DNA of 64,000 nucleotides from Verrucomicrobiota bacterium (lineage in GTDB: Bacteria; Verrucomicrobiota; Kiritimatiellia; RFP12; UBA1067): positions 344-64,343 of the forward strand of contig JBNMKZ010000008.1 of assembly GCA_050874585.1 (NCBI GenBank). Direction: 5' to 3'. Under the pieces are notes generated by a model. The model was not told the origin of the DNA and made no database searches. It saw only the letters and a list, made by a program, of their open reading frames with translations. A program made the position numbers and the translations under genes. Positions 31,482 through 41,485 of this stretch are shown here, in pieces. Every line of letters starts with the position of its first letter. Position 1 is the first letter of the stretch.

Positions 31482-32899
31482 GCCACGCTCCCTTCACATT
31501 GCAATGATTCAACTCCAGCACGCCAACAGCCTCCCAATAGCGCATAAAAAACTGGCCCGAACGCCAGAGTCACTGGATAATGTCCCGTATGCCCACCTAT
31601 TATCCCGTGCGTGATACAAACAGAGAGGACGACAACAACCGCCGCGTTATTGCACCCCGTCAGAATGGTTCTATTTTCTCGTCGACAAAAATACCACAGA
31701 AATAAAAGATAAAGGCCCAACCCACCATAAAAACCAAAATGCCTGAGCAAATGCAGCATCGTATTGTGCGCGTCCATCAACATCACCTTATCAACATATC
31801 CCTTCCCCTCTTCATAAACCACCGCCTCCGCAAAAGGTTTGACATCTATCCAAATGGGATTGCGATGCATTTGATCCTTGATGGCCTCAATGTTGAAAGC
31901 CCATACGCTAGCCCGATCATCAACAGCCTTTCGCTGCAATTTAATCATAAGTGAATTAAAATCCGTCACTTTCAGTTCTGAATAGGATCCCATACCAGCA
32001 TTAATGTTTCTATACCTCTCAACAAGCATAGGCGACAGAAGAACAATACCGCACGAAACAACAAAAAACACAAGCGGATTCAGCCTTCGACAGAAACTCG
32101 GCATCCGTATAGTTATAAACACAAAGAAAAATGATAAAAACATCAGTCCAATACATGTGAATGTCAAATCATAGCGTAGAATCTTGAGAAAATCCAATGC
32201 CAAAATAAGACAAGACAATCCCGCCAAAAGACCAATTTTCCGCAGTTCCCTGGATTTCCGAAAAATAAAATAGGAAAATGTTGCCGCGCAAATCGGAATT
32301 GCCAGAAATACCTGCCTCGTAAAGAGACCTTTTCCAGCATCCTCCGCCATTGTCGCATCCCGTTCAACACCAACAAATGAGACAAGAAACACCAAGAATA
32401 ACGACCAATAAAATAAACCTTTTAAAAATGTCGTGCCCATTCGCCGAATGCACAAAACCGCCCAAAAAGCACAGGCAAACATAAAGTATGTTCCAAAACC
32501 AGATGCTAAATCGCCAACACCAACCAAATACGACACCATCTGCGTCTTTTGATAAAAATACCAAATGAAAAACGGCGATAAACAGAGGTAAAGCCACCAA
32601 ACGCCAAATAGCCCGTACCGCCTCAATTGATTCATATGGAACAGAACATAAAAGAAACAGGCGGTGCAGAAAAACAGTCGCAAAGGAGAGGAGTACGCCA
32701 GAATGATAATAATCGGAAGCAAATACTGAGACTTTGGCCTCAAGGTCAAGAAGAGTAGGTAAGGCAACGCAAGCAACCCTGCATATCCGTTGATGAAATT
32801 CAACGGCACACTCGCCAGCGCAAGAAGCGTATGGAAAACAAAGGAAGAACGCTCCCGCGCTGTATAATCTTCACAAATTTTAAGTTCATCAAATCGCAT
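31478..32899 (-). CDS. wzy: Probable Wzy polymerase / O-antigen ligase-like membrane protein
   Basis: About 11 TM segments; DRASVW...AHNT..GFYG; start uncertain. Confidence 0.65.
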   Translation of the reverse strand: MRFDELKICEDYTARERSSFVFHTLLALASVPLNFINGYAGLLALPYLLFLTLRPKSQYLLPIIIILAYSSPLRLFFCTACFFYVLFHMNQLRRYGLFGVWWLYLCLSPFFIWYFYQKTQMVSYLVGVGDLASGFGTYFMFACAFWAVLCIRRMGTTFLKGLFYWSLFLVFLVSFVGVERDATMAEDAGKGLFTRQVFLAIPICAATFSYFIFRKSRELRKIGLLAGLSCLILALDFLKILRYDLTFTCIGLMFLSFFFVFITIRMPSFCRRLNPLVFFVVSCGIVLLSPMLVERYRNINAGMGSYSELKVTDFNSLMIKLQRKAVDDRASVWAFNIEAIKDQMHRNPIWIDVKPFAEAVVYEEGKGYVDKVMLMDAHNTMLHLLRHFGFYGGLGLYLLFLWYFCRRENRTILTGCNNAAVVVVLSVCITHGIIGGHTGHYPVTLAFGPVFYALLGGCWRAGVESLQCEGSVA

Positions 32900-32934
32900 A
32901 CGCCACAATTTCACATTTACATCGCAATGGAAAA

Positions 32935-33258
32935 CTATTCCTTGGCTTCCCCTTGGCAATGTTCACGAAACTCTTTCACATAGTCATTCAACGCCCTCAA
33001 TTCACTTCTGACGGACACAACTAAAGCCGACGCGGCACCCACCTTTATCTCCGATTCAAGAATCGGCCCACCAACGCCAATCCCGCTCAGCGACACCAAT
33101 CGCCGAACATACCACGACAGCATTTTTGCTATCGACACAAGAATGGTTGATTTGTCCGCACCATTGACACAAACGATTACATTAAGGCGATGCGTGAATG
33201 ACAAATCCAATTCGCCAAAACGCCGAAAGCGCACCGATTTTAATCGTTTTACAAGCAT
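32935..33258 (-). pseudogene. 5' remnant of an ABC/SMC-type AAA ATPase (PtuA-like)
   Basis: FRRFGELDLSF..LNVIVCVNGADKSTIL with a decayed Walker A; only 107 aa. Confidence 0.7.
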
Positions 33259-33372
33259 ATTAACTTTTCTCAGCAGAAACCAATCGCAAGCGCATATATT
33301 ATATCACATTCCGCCCTTTAACAGACGAACAGCTCCTCCTTCACGCCAAGAGGTTGCCAAGGGGCATTATGT

Positions 33373-34587
33373 TCAACGGCTATTATACCCCCCCCCCCCC
33401 ATCAAATTAAATAATTTATACCACATTTTCTTCACATTATCAATTGAATACAGCTTCGACTTCCCATGCGCCGCCCGTGCCATCTGATGCCGTAATTGAC
33501 AATTGTCCATCAGTTCTTTCAAGGCAGAGACAAAAGCCCGCTTAGCAAAATGACGAACAACTCGTCCATTGACACCGTCGTCAATCATGTCGCTTGCAGC
33601 CGCAAATGAATCATACACCACGGGTACGCACCCCTGACGCATGGACTCACCCACGACCATGGGCCATCCCTCAAAGTCTGATGCCATCACAAAAATTGAC
33701 GCGTCTCGATAATAATCGGATACCTCCCGATGGAAGCCCTCGAACCGAACGCCGCGTATCCGCCGTTGGGAAACGATATGTTCAAGCGAAGGTCGTTCAT
33801 CGCCATCACCGACAATTACAAACTCCCAGTCCATATACCGTTCGCACAGTTCACGCCAAACATTCAGCAGACGGTCAACACCCTTTGTTCCAATCAGCGA
33901 CCCGACAAAAAGAATCTGCTTCTTTTTGCCCGAAAGAACCAAGTCGCCAGACGCGGCGTCAATCATGTTTGGAATGATATGCAGTTTTGACAGCCTTTTT
34001 GTCCCTACCAATTCATGGATGCGTCGTCGATAGTTTTTTGAAAGAATGACATAGGCATCCACATGGTCAAAGATCTCTTTTCGCCGGCTGGATTCGTAGC
34101 GGAAACGCGACCACAACAAGTACGGCCGCAAGACCAACAAAACAAAACGCTTGGCAATCTCAATGGGCGAGAGCGGAATCCGTCGACGACCAGGGGAAAG
34201 ACGCGGCATCGAATGTTCCGCGGCGCAGATTCCACTTGAAACCTTCTGTCCCCGCCCTTTTCTTGCCCTCCACTCTGCGACGGCACGAAAAAGAATACCC
34301 TGAATATTGGCATAGGAATCCTGAAAAAGGATGTAATCGGGGCTAAACTCATCAAGCAGATGCCCCAACGCCCGACAGTTGGACTCCGAATCGCGATTCT
34401 TCTCTGGCAGTTCGCGCCAAACCACATTTGGGTGCAACCGCTCAAGCAAATCCGTGCCATCCTTGTGAACCAGCGAGACGATTGCCACTTGATGTCCATC
34501 TTCGGCAAAGGCGTTGGCAAGCGTCGTCGTCACCGTCTCAATGCCGCCAAATGCGGGATACTGATGTTGGTAGAAAAGAATGTTCAT
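33373..34587 (-). CDS. Glycosyltransferase family 4
   Basis: GGIETV, SDFEGWPMVVGESM. Confidence 0.92.
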   Translation of the reverse strand: MNILFYQHQYPAFGGIETVTTTLANAFAEDGHQVAIVSLVHKDGTDLLERLHPNVVWRELPEKNRDSESNCRALGHLLDEFSPDYILFQDSYANIQGILFRAVAEWRARKGRGQKVSSGICAAEHSMPRLSPGRRRIPLSPIEIAKRFVLLVLRPYLLWSRFRYESSRRKEIFDHVDAYVILSKNYRRRIHELVGTKRLSKLHIIPNMIDAASGDLVLSGKKKQILFVGSLIGTKGVDRLLNVWRELCERYMDWEFVIVGDGDERPSLEHIVSQRRIRGVRFEGFHREVSDYYRDASIFVMASDFEGWPMVVGESMRQGCVPVVYDSFAAASDMIDDGVNGRVVRHFAKRAFVSALKELMDNCQLRHQMARAAHGKSKLYSIDNVKKMWYKLFNLMGGGGYNSR

Positions 34588-34638
34588 CTGCCGTCCTTCC
34601 ATGCCTTAATCTTACATTTCCGTATCCTGTCCATCCTA

Positions 34639-35748
34639 TCAATTATTTGTCTTCAACGCCTGTTGCAGGAACTCTTCTCCCCTAAGCGACTTGGCCTGAA
34701 GTTCCCGATCAATTCGGCTCCAATCCACCGAATCCGCCAATTTCACATCCTGTGCCCTGAAAACAGCAGAGGATTCAAGCCCCGTTCCATCCAAGAGGGT
34801 CCGCATCCGTGCATCAGTTACTTTGCCGTTCAACGCCACCACGAACGGGCGGTGGTAAATAAGCGAAAAAACAACACCATGAAAGGAGTTGGTTACCACA
34901 AGTTCTGCATGGCGCATAAACCACAGCCACTCAGACGGACCCATCGCCGTCACGCGGCGAGCCCGCCCGGGCCAGTACCATCGCGCTAACTGTCCCCCCA
35001 GAAGATGAACGACAGGCAGCTCCCTTTCTGCACCAATCTTCAAGGCCGCATCTTCAGCCCATGGGTGTCCGCAGACCGTATAGACGGCAATATATTTGAC
35101 TGGCAGCGCGAAACGAGGATTCCGCTCAAGGCGTATGTAGGCCTCTCGCGGCAAAAGAAGCGTCGGATCGCAGACGACCGTCGCCTCACGTCCGCATAAG
35201 CGTTTTACGATTGCCGCACCCTGCGGCTCCCGCACCGAAACCGCATCAAACTTCGAGAGCCAACCAGACATATTGCACTCCTGCTCGGACGTAAAATCCT
35301 CCACGCCAAAGCTTGGCGCATAAGAAATGCGTTTGACTCCCTGCGAGGCAGTTGCAAGGAAATAAGTTTCATCGCCCTCGTTGATATTTGGATTCCACAC
35401 CATATCGCTCCCCGTAATCAAGTGCGTATAATCAAGCATGGGCAAGTCTTCTTTGCGGACAGCCCTCCCAATCTTCATGCTCTTGCGCAAGAACCGACGA
35501 TACAACGAACGGCGATACGATTCAATTCCAAATGTTAGAACAAATGTGCGAAGACTACGGTAAAGCGAACCAACGAAGTGACGAAAACTATCCAGCCGGA
35601 TTCTGTATTTGTTTGGCCAGCCAATCTTCCCATAATTGACGAGAGACGCGTCAAATCCCTGTGTGCGCAAATACTCCTGTAAGGCCCATGCCTGCAGTGC
35701 CGCCCCCACATTCAGCGAGTGATGAAATGTAAAAATCCCGATTTTCAT
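34639..35748 (-). CDS. Polysaccharide pyruvyl transferase family protein
   Basis: NVGAALQ, GSDMVWN, SYAPSFG, SVRE, DPT, TNSFHG. Confidence 0.92.
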   Translation of the reverse strand: MKIGIFTFHHSLNVGAALQAWALQEYLRTQGFDASLVNYGKIGWPNKYRIRLDSFRHFVGSLYRSLRTFVLTFGIESYRRSLYRRFLRKSMKIGRAVRKEDLPMLDYTHLITGSDMVWNPNINEGDETYFLATASQGVKRISYAPSFGVEDFTSEQECNMSGWLSKFDAVSVREPQGAAIVKRLCGREATVVCDPTLLLPREAYIRLERNPRFALPVKYIAVYTVCGHPWAEDAALKIGAERELPVVHLLGGQLARWYWPGRARRVTAMGPSEWLWFMRHAELVVTNSFHGVVFSLIYHRPFVVALNGKVTDARMRTLLDGTGLESSAVFRAQDVKLADSVDWSRIDRELQAKSLRGEEFLQQALKTNN

Positions 35749-35770
35749 TGCAATATCCTTACAGGAACCC

Positions 35771-36730
35771 CTATCTACCCAATATCCTTTTGAAAAGATT
35801 TTTCAGTCGACCGACAAGCCATTCAGTCCTTAAATGCATCAGTCCATATTTCTTCACCAGCGCCCCAAATTCCAATTGGGCGACATCTGCATTGAACTCG
35901 CCCCACCTCTTGGGCAACGATGGGGATTCAAAATAGGGGCGATTGTGTGCGTGTATGATAGACTCGTCGATCGCAGAGTTCTTGCATCCGCATGTCTCAA
36001 ACGCAGCAAGACCTCGGCTGTTGTGGCAGACAACAAGAGACAGTCCATTCCTTTTTATCACATCAGGAAGTTCTTGAGTTTCACACCCCCACCCATCGCC
36101 CAGCGTCAAGTCAGACGGGTGATTTTTGCCGCGAAAAGGACAGCTGAAGCAACACTTCCGAAAGCCTAATGTCGAATAGAACACCTGGGCATAAGGATCA
36201 AAGAGACTCAATTGACGCGAAACACGGCCATCCGCCCACTGGTAACTGTAGTAGGTCTTTCTTCCCCAGCCATGCTGCTTGTCGCGAGGATTGACAGAGA
36301 CAAGGCGTTTCCCCTTTCGTGCTTCCAGCCAGCGCACATATTTGAGCCAGAGGCTTTGGGGTGGCGCCCCAAAGCAGACGAGATCTACCAAAAGAAGATT
36401 GGCATCACTGGCGAATCGCTTACGCATTGCCGCGCATTGGCAGGGCGTGCCCGTGAAAAGGACTCGCCGACCATTCGACAATGCAGATGCAATCCTGTCG
36501 TAGACACTTTTTGAAATTACCCCGAAAGCATACTTGACACCACGCATCGGCGCAATGTCTTCCAAGGCCTCTGCCACTGCGTGATGAATTGCCAAATCTT
36601 CCGCATAAACGGCCCCGACAACCAAACCGGCTGATGCGATGACGCGTTCAGCCAACGCAGAGAAAACTCCGCCAGACGTGCTTTTAAGCACAACCTCCCG
36701 ATTTGGATTCCACGCAACGAACGCCTTCAT
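35771..36730 (-). CDS. Coenzyme F420 hydrogenase beta subunit (FrhB)-like protein
   Basis: STSGGVF, GTPCQ, DLVCFG, CFSC, DLTLGD. Confidence 0.88.
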   Translation of the reverse strand: MKAFVAWNPNREVVLKSTSGGVFSALAERVIASAGLVVGAVYAEDLAIHHAVAEALEDIAPMRGVKYAFGVISKSVYDRIASALSNGRRVLFTGTPCQCAAMRKRFASDANLLLVDLVCFGAPPQSLWLKYVRWLEARKGKRLVSVNPRDKQHGWGRKTYYSYQWADGRVSRQLSLFDPYAQVFYSTLGFRKCCFSCPFRGKNHPSDLTLGDGWGCETQELPDVIKRNGLSLVVCHNSRGLAAFETCGCKNSAIDESIIHAHNRPYFESPSLPKRWGEFNADVAQLEFGALVKKYGLMHLRTEWLVGRLKNLFKRILGR

Positions 36731-37740
36731 CGCCTAACCATCCTTTTAAGACGAACCCGAAGATTCTGAAGGGAATCCAAGACCTTCAAAGCCCAATAGC
36801 AATTGTGATGATAATAAGCCCCATAAAACAAGCCAAAAAGTGGACCGCATAGACCACCCGCAGGAACGAGGGAAATGCCCATAACATCCTCTGCCTCACG
36901 AATGGCGGCCGCGATCATCTTGCGATTGCCCTTCGCGGACTCCGGCTGATGCACCCATTCCATCAGGTGGGACGAGACATGACTCCTAATGCGCATAACC
37001 GCGATTTCAGCCGCTCGCTTGTTTGGAAACCTATCCTTTGCATACTCAAACCACTGTACACACTCCTGGAGAAAGCGCACATTCTCTTCTTCCGTTACTC
37101 TCTTTCTAAAAGAAGAAGTCTCGCTCATTCGATAGTAGTAGCCATCGTATTCACACTGAACCCCCACCCGGACATTGAGAAGCGCGTAAAGGTTGAATAT
37201 GCCGTCCTCATAGATACGCATCCCTTCAGGGAATCGAACATTTTCTGAAAGAACAGCCTTCCGATAAAAGTTCAGAACCGTCAACCCCCGATTTAAGACA
37301 CTCCAGAAATAGATATCAGCCCCCTGATAGGTCTGACAGTGCGCCGGCTTCACGTATTCGTTAAACTTTGCATCGCGCCGCAACCTCATCTTCACAATAT
37401 CAGCATGCGTCGCCTCAAATGCATCTGCCGCCGCCTTTAGCCAATCTCTTCCAAGAACATCATCTGCATCCACAAAGCCGATGTAATCGCCCTTCACTCG
37501 CGACAACCCATTATTCCGCGCAATTGACACGCCAGCATTCAGCTGGTGAACCACACGGATGCGAGCATCGTGCGCGGCATATTCGTCAAGTATTCGTCCA
37601 CTCCCATCCGCAGAACCGTCATCCACACAGATGGCCTCCCAATCCGTGAATGTCTGTGCCAAAAGCGAATCCAAGCACTCGCGCAGGTATTGCGCCACAT
37701 TGTAAACCGGAATGACAATTGAGAACAGTGGATTCTTCAC
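36727..37740 (-). CDS. Glycosyltransferase family 2
   Basis: SIVIPVYNV, VDDGSAD, FVDADD; GTGA overlap sets the start. Confidence 0.93.
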   Translation of the reverse strand: MKNPLFSIVIPVYNVAQYLRECLDSLLAQTFTDWEAICVDDGSADGSGRILDEYAAHDARIRVVHQLNAGVSIARNNGLSRVKGDYIGFVDADDVLGRDWLKAAADAFEATHADIVKMRLRRDAKFNEYVKPAHCQTYQGADIYFWSVLNRGLTVLNFYRKAVLSENVRFPEGMRIYEDGIFNLYALLNVRVGVQCEYDGYYYRMSETSSFRKRVTEEENVRFLQECVQWFEYAKDRFPNKRAAEIAVMRIRSHVSSHLMEWVHQPESAKGNRKMIAAAIREAEDVMGISLVPAGGLCGPLFGLFYGAYYHHNCYWALKVLDSLQNLRVRLKRMVRR

Positions 37741-38894
37741 TCTCTTTCCTCCACCAATCCCAACACCGACCCAAGCCACTGAAGCGACTCCTTACGCCGC
37801 ACCGACATTCGTTCATCCACGGAGTTCCAGTCAATTGTCGTTGATAGGCTTTCTAACATCTCCTCGGACCCAAGCCGCCAATCAACCCAACGATTCGCCA
37901 AGCCAAACGACTGCATAAGCTCCTTCTGGCGCAAATTCTGGTCTGTACCCGCTGGACAATTCTGTTGAATGGAGAGAAAGTTCTTGTGGTAGGTCATCGC
38001 GAACACTGAACCATGGTAGGAGTTGGTGATGAAGGTGCTCGCATCGTCAAGTGCCCGCAAGAACTCGCTCGGGGAGAGGACAATTCGGCATTCAGAAGGT
38101 AGCACTCGCTCCGTCCCCTGTATGCCCACGACCTTCAACTCACATCCCATTCGCTCAGCCAACCGCTCGTATTTCTCAAGACTCAAATCCTCCCTTCGGG
38201 CAATGTTGACAAGATAGCAAAACATCGTCGGCCGCGTAAAAATCGACTTCCGACTCTGAATGTCACGGAAGTCGGACACTGTCAACAATTGGACAGGATC
38301 CGCAACCTGCCGGACATCAGACCCAACTGGAGCCAGTCCTCGAGCAAACGCAACACCCTCAGATTCCCGCAGCCCCAATGCCGTAAATCGTTTCAGTCGT
38401 TCCGCAAGAACGGCTTGCCAATCGGTATGGGCCTTCAGTTGCATCCAATCCGTGCTGGCTGCATAGGTAATTAGCGGGTTGTTCGTCGGCACCTCGCACA
38501 ACCATCGCTGGGGCGTATCTCGACAAAACACCTGATCTCCGCCTCGAACTCCCATCGTCTCCGCGTCAAATAGGGGCTTCTCGTAGAGCTGTCCGATAAG
38601 CCCCTGATAGTCCCTCACAAAAAGACTCATTGCCCGATTGCGCAGTCTCATCTGCTCTGTCTTCAGCCGACACTCAGAATCCCTGCGCAGGAACCAGTAC
38701 AGTGGTCGGAGAAAATCGACCAAGCACTTTGAAATCCGTTGCACAAGCGGTCGCCTCTCTTCTGGCGAGAAAACACGAAATGGGCGGCATCCAAACCCCT
38801 TCAGCACCTTCCTCAATGCATAGTGCTGAAAGAACGAACCATAATTGGACAGCAGATAATACTGACTAATTGTCGCTATTGCTACCGTTCTCAC
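37737..38894 (-). CDS. Polysaccharide pyruvyl transferase family protein
   Basis: NYGSFFQ, GGDQV, LRE, DPV, TNSYHG. Confidence 0.85.
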   Translation of the reverse strand: MRTVAIATISQYYLLSNYGSFFQHYALRKVLKGFGCRPFRVFSPEERRPLVQRISKCLVDFLRPLYWFLRRDSECRLKTEQMRLRNRAMSLFVRDYQGLIGQLYEKPLFDAETMGVRGGDQVFCRDTPQRWLCEVPTNNPLITYAASTDWMQLKAHTDWQAVLAERLKRFTALGLRESEGVAFARGLAPVGSDVRQVADPVQLLTVSDFRDIQSRKSIFTRPTMFCYLVNIARREDLSLEKYERLAERMGCELKVVGIQGTERVLPSECRIVLSPSEFLRALDDASTFITNSYHGSVFAMTYHKNFLSIQQNCPAGTDQNLRQKELMQSFGLANRWVDWRLGSEEMLESLSTTIDWNSVDERMSVRRKESLQWLGSVLGLVEERE

Positions 38895-39910
38895 TTGACC
38901 TCCACAAAGATGTCATTCATGCTTTTGCGCGGCGAGGAAGCAATTTGAAAACTTTCTGGCGCACGCCCGCACGACAGAATGACGGCAATTAACTCATTTG
39001 GCGGCAATCCCAAAACCTTATGCGCAGCCAAATCATTTTCTGGAGGAACGGACCAGTTCAGAATGCAGTGCGCAATCTTGTGGTAATGAAGCGAATAGCA
39101 GAGGTTCATCGTGAAGATTCCAGCGTTCGTATAGAGGTCATTACGCTCTTCAGGCCATCTGTTCCCGCAGAGGTCGGCCGTCACTACGAGAAGTTTGTCT
39201 GCATCATGCCCAAACCCCCGATTGCCATTCTGTAATGCGAGAATTCTGTCCCGAATCTCGTGATTTGAAACGCAGTAGACTTTAACAAATTGTCTATTAC
39301 AGGCAGATGGTGCCGTCATCGCAAGTTGAACGGCCTTTTTGACTTCCTCAATCTCAATTTCGCCATCGTAATGACGCGATGTGTGGCGCGAAGCCGCAAA
39401 TATGGGAAATGGCGAATCGTTGTATGCGAAGAACTCTTCACGCGTCATTTCAATTTGCCGCGCTGGCACAACGCGGGGCCGATTTTCGCAAAAGAACCGA
39501 ATCTTTCCCCAATAGGATTTATCCCTTGACATATCAAATGCGCTTGACGCATGAAGTTCATAATATTCCTTGACACATCCAACCGCATGACTAACCTGTT
39601 CTTCTAAGACACCAAATGTGCGCTCAAACTCCTCAATTCGTTCAATGAGGCCAAGAACCGCCGCATGTCCAAAGTCCAAATGCCTATGCGGCATGGTCAA
39701 TCCCTTTTCAAGGACATGATAGGCCATAATAATACGCGCCAAAGCGGCATCCTTGCGCTCCGGATGAAAGCATCCCGCATACTTGACAAATTGGCGACGG
39801 TCATAAGAAAACAGTTTCCGAGTCCGTATGCATGGCAATTTCCTCAATTTCCGGATTCCCCGAACGAGAATAACCAAAGGGTACAACACTATTTTAAGAT
39901 ATTTCTTCAT
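38891..39910 (-). CDS. Nitroreductase family protein
   Basis: SRHTSRHY, APSACNRQ. Confidence 0.88.
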   Translation of the reverse strand: MKKYLKIVLYPLVILVRGIRKLRKLPCIRTRKLFSYDRRQFVKYAGCFHPERKDAALARIIMAYHVLEKGLTMPHRHLDFGHAAVLGLIERIEEFERTFGVLEEQVSHAVGCVKEYYELHASSAFDMSRDKSYWGKIRFFCENRPRVVPARQIEMTREEFFAYNDSPFPIFAASRHTSRHYDGEIEIEEVKKAVQLAMTAPSACNRQFVKVYCVSNHEIRDRILALQNGNRGFGHDADKLLVVTADLCGNRWPEERNDLYTNAGIFTMNLCYSLHYHKIAHCILNWSVPPENDLAAHKVLGLPPNELIAVILSCGRAPESFQIASSPRKSMNDIFVEVK

Positions 39911-39915
39911 TTCGC

Positions 39916-41463
39916 TTACAGCCGCTTCAACACTTTTGCTATTCTTGTTCTCAAGAATTCGCGTTCTCGCAAATCCAAAACAAAAAATAATATCAATGGA
40001 ATCAGAACAACTTCAACAAAAACCGTCGTCACACAGATCCGCAGAAAAGAGGGTTGCATAAAGAAACTAGGAATTCGTCCAATGGCAAGCGATACTGCAC
40101 TTACGCCAAATATCGGAAACAATATGCGGAAGAACCAATATCTGGGTGAAATTCTTAAAAGTATCTTCACAGCCACAATACGAACCAGTACGACCAACAC
40201 CAGAGTTGAAAATAGTGCATAGCCAACCGAATAAATTCCAAGCCCACATTTCATCATAACCCAAGCAATGGGCAAGGTCAAGATGAAACTAAGACCGACA
40301 AGGAACTGATACCAAGCAATTTTCCCATTGGCCGCAACGACAACCCAATGGCCAGTTGTCATATTCTCCAGGATCAGGACAATCATCAGCCAAATACTGA
40401 GCCCGCCAGCACAGTTCGGTGGACTCTTCAACCAAATACGCATAACCTCGTCAACTTCAAGAGCAAGCGGAATCGCCAATGGCAAAATCAATACCGCGCC
40501 AAACTTACATGTCATGTGCACCAGCGAGATCATCCGTCCACGATCTTCCGCCCCCCTTGCATTCGTAATCGCTGGCATAAACGCCCCAACCATGGCACTT
40601 GCAAGCGTTTGTGTATGTCCAGCGATTGATGTCGAAACCGTCATCGTTGCATTAAAAATAGGTCCCAACATCTTGTTAACGAGGACAGACAGTCCCTGAC
40701 TCTTCAACAAATTTCCAAGTGCACCAAAAAAATTCCACCCCGCATAGGAAAGAAGTTGCCGAATATCCATCCAATTAAACAAATGGTGAGCCAAAAGCCG
40801 ACATTCTCGGAAAAGCATACAGGCCCGCACAGCAATAATCAGCGAGGGAACAATGGAGAGAAGACATGACCAAAATGCAAATCGCGCCAGCCACACTCCT
40901 GGATGAGTAACCATGTAGAAAAGGAAAAACGCATTCAACGTCGTTGTGACAAATGAATAAATAGTAAGTTCGGCTATGTACTGCTTAGCCGTATACATAG
41001 CATTAAATGGCACACACACCATACCAAGAAAACAAGAAAGACAGACAAAGCGAAAAACCCAGACACAATCTGCCACCCGATCAACAGGAATGGTCAAATA
41101 ATAGCGTACGCACCAAACGCCCAAAGGATAGCCAATTGCCATTAAGGCAAGCGGAAGTAGAGCGTGAATTGAAACGGCCACCGTAAACCAGCGACGGCAC
41201 TCTCTTAGACCATCAACGGCACAACCCTTCTTTTGCGCCGCACCAACCGAAAATGCATAAAACCGACCTATTGAAGTTGCCAATATGGAATTAAGGAATG
41301 CAATAAAGACCGTCAATCCACCGACAACGCCATAAAGTCCATAGTCAACTTGCCCCAGTGCCTGCAAAGCCCACCGTGCGGTAAAGAGTCCAATCACCAG
41401 CGCATAAAGCGACCGTCCATAGGTCGCAACAATATTCAGGAATATACGCTTATTGGGGGACAT
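39916..41463 (-). CDS. wzx: Wzx-type polysaccharide flippase
   Basis: LGQVDYGLYGVVGG; many TM segments; first gene of the glycosyltransferase run. Confidence 0.85.
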   Translation of the reverse strand: MSPNKRIFLNIVATYGRSLYALVIGLFTARWALQALGQVDYGLYGVVGGLTVFIAFLNSILATSIGRFYAFSVGAAQKKGCAVDGLRECRRWFTVAVSIHALLPLALMAIGYPLGVWCVRYYLTIPVDRVADCVWVFRFVCLSCFLGMVCVPFNAMYTAKQYIAELTIYSFVTTTLNAFFLFYMVTHPGVWLARFAFWSCLLSIVPSLIIAVRACMLFRECRLLAHHLFNWMDIRQLLSYAGWNFFGALGNLLKSQGLSVLVNKMLGPIFNATMTVSTSIAGHTQTLASAMVGAFMPAITNARGAEDRGRMISLVHMTCKFGAVLILPLAIPLALEVDEVMRIWLKSPPNCAGGLSIWLMIVLILENMTTGHWVVVAANGKIAWYQFLVGLSFILTLPIAWVMMKCGLGIYSVGYALFSTLVLVVLVRIVAVKILLRISPRYWFFRILFPIFGVSAVSLAIGRIPSFFMQPSFLRICVTTVFVEVVLIPLILFFVLDLREREFLRTRIAKVLKRL

Positions 41464-41485
41464 GGTTCACGCTAAACTGAAGACA

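Noticed and set aside
35771-36730. Methanogen-type F420 hydrogenase function
   Set aside because: No other hydrogenase subunits; the context is polysaccharide synthesis
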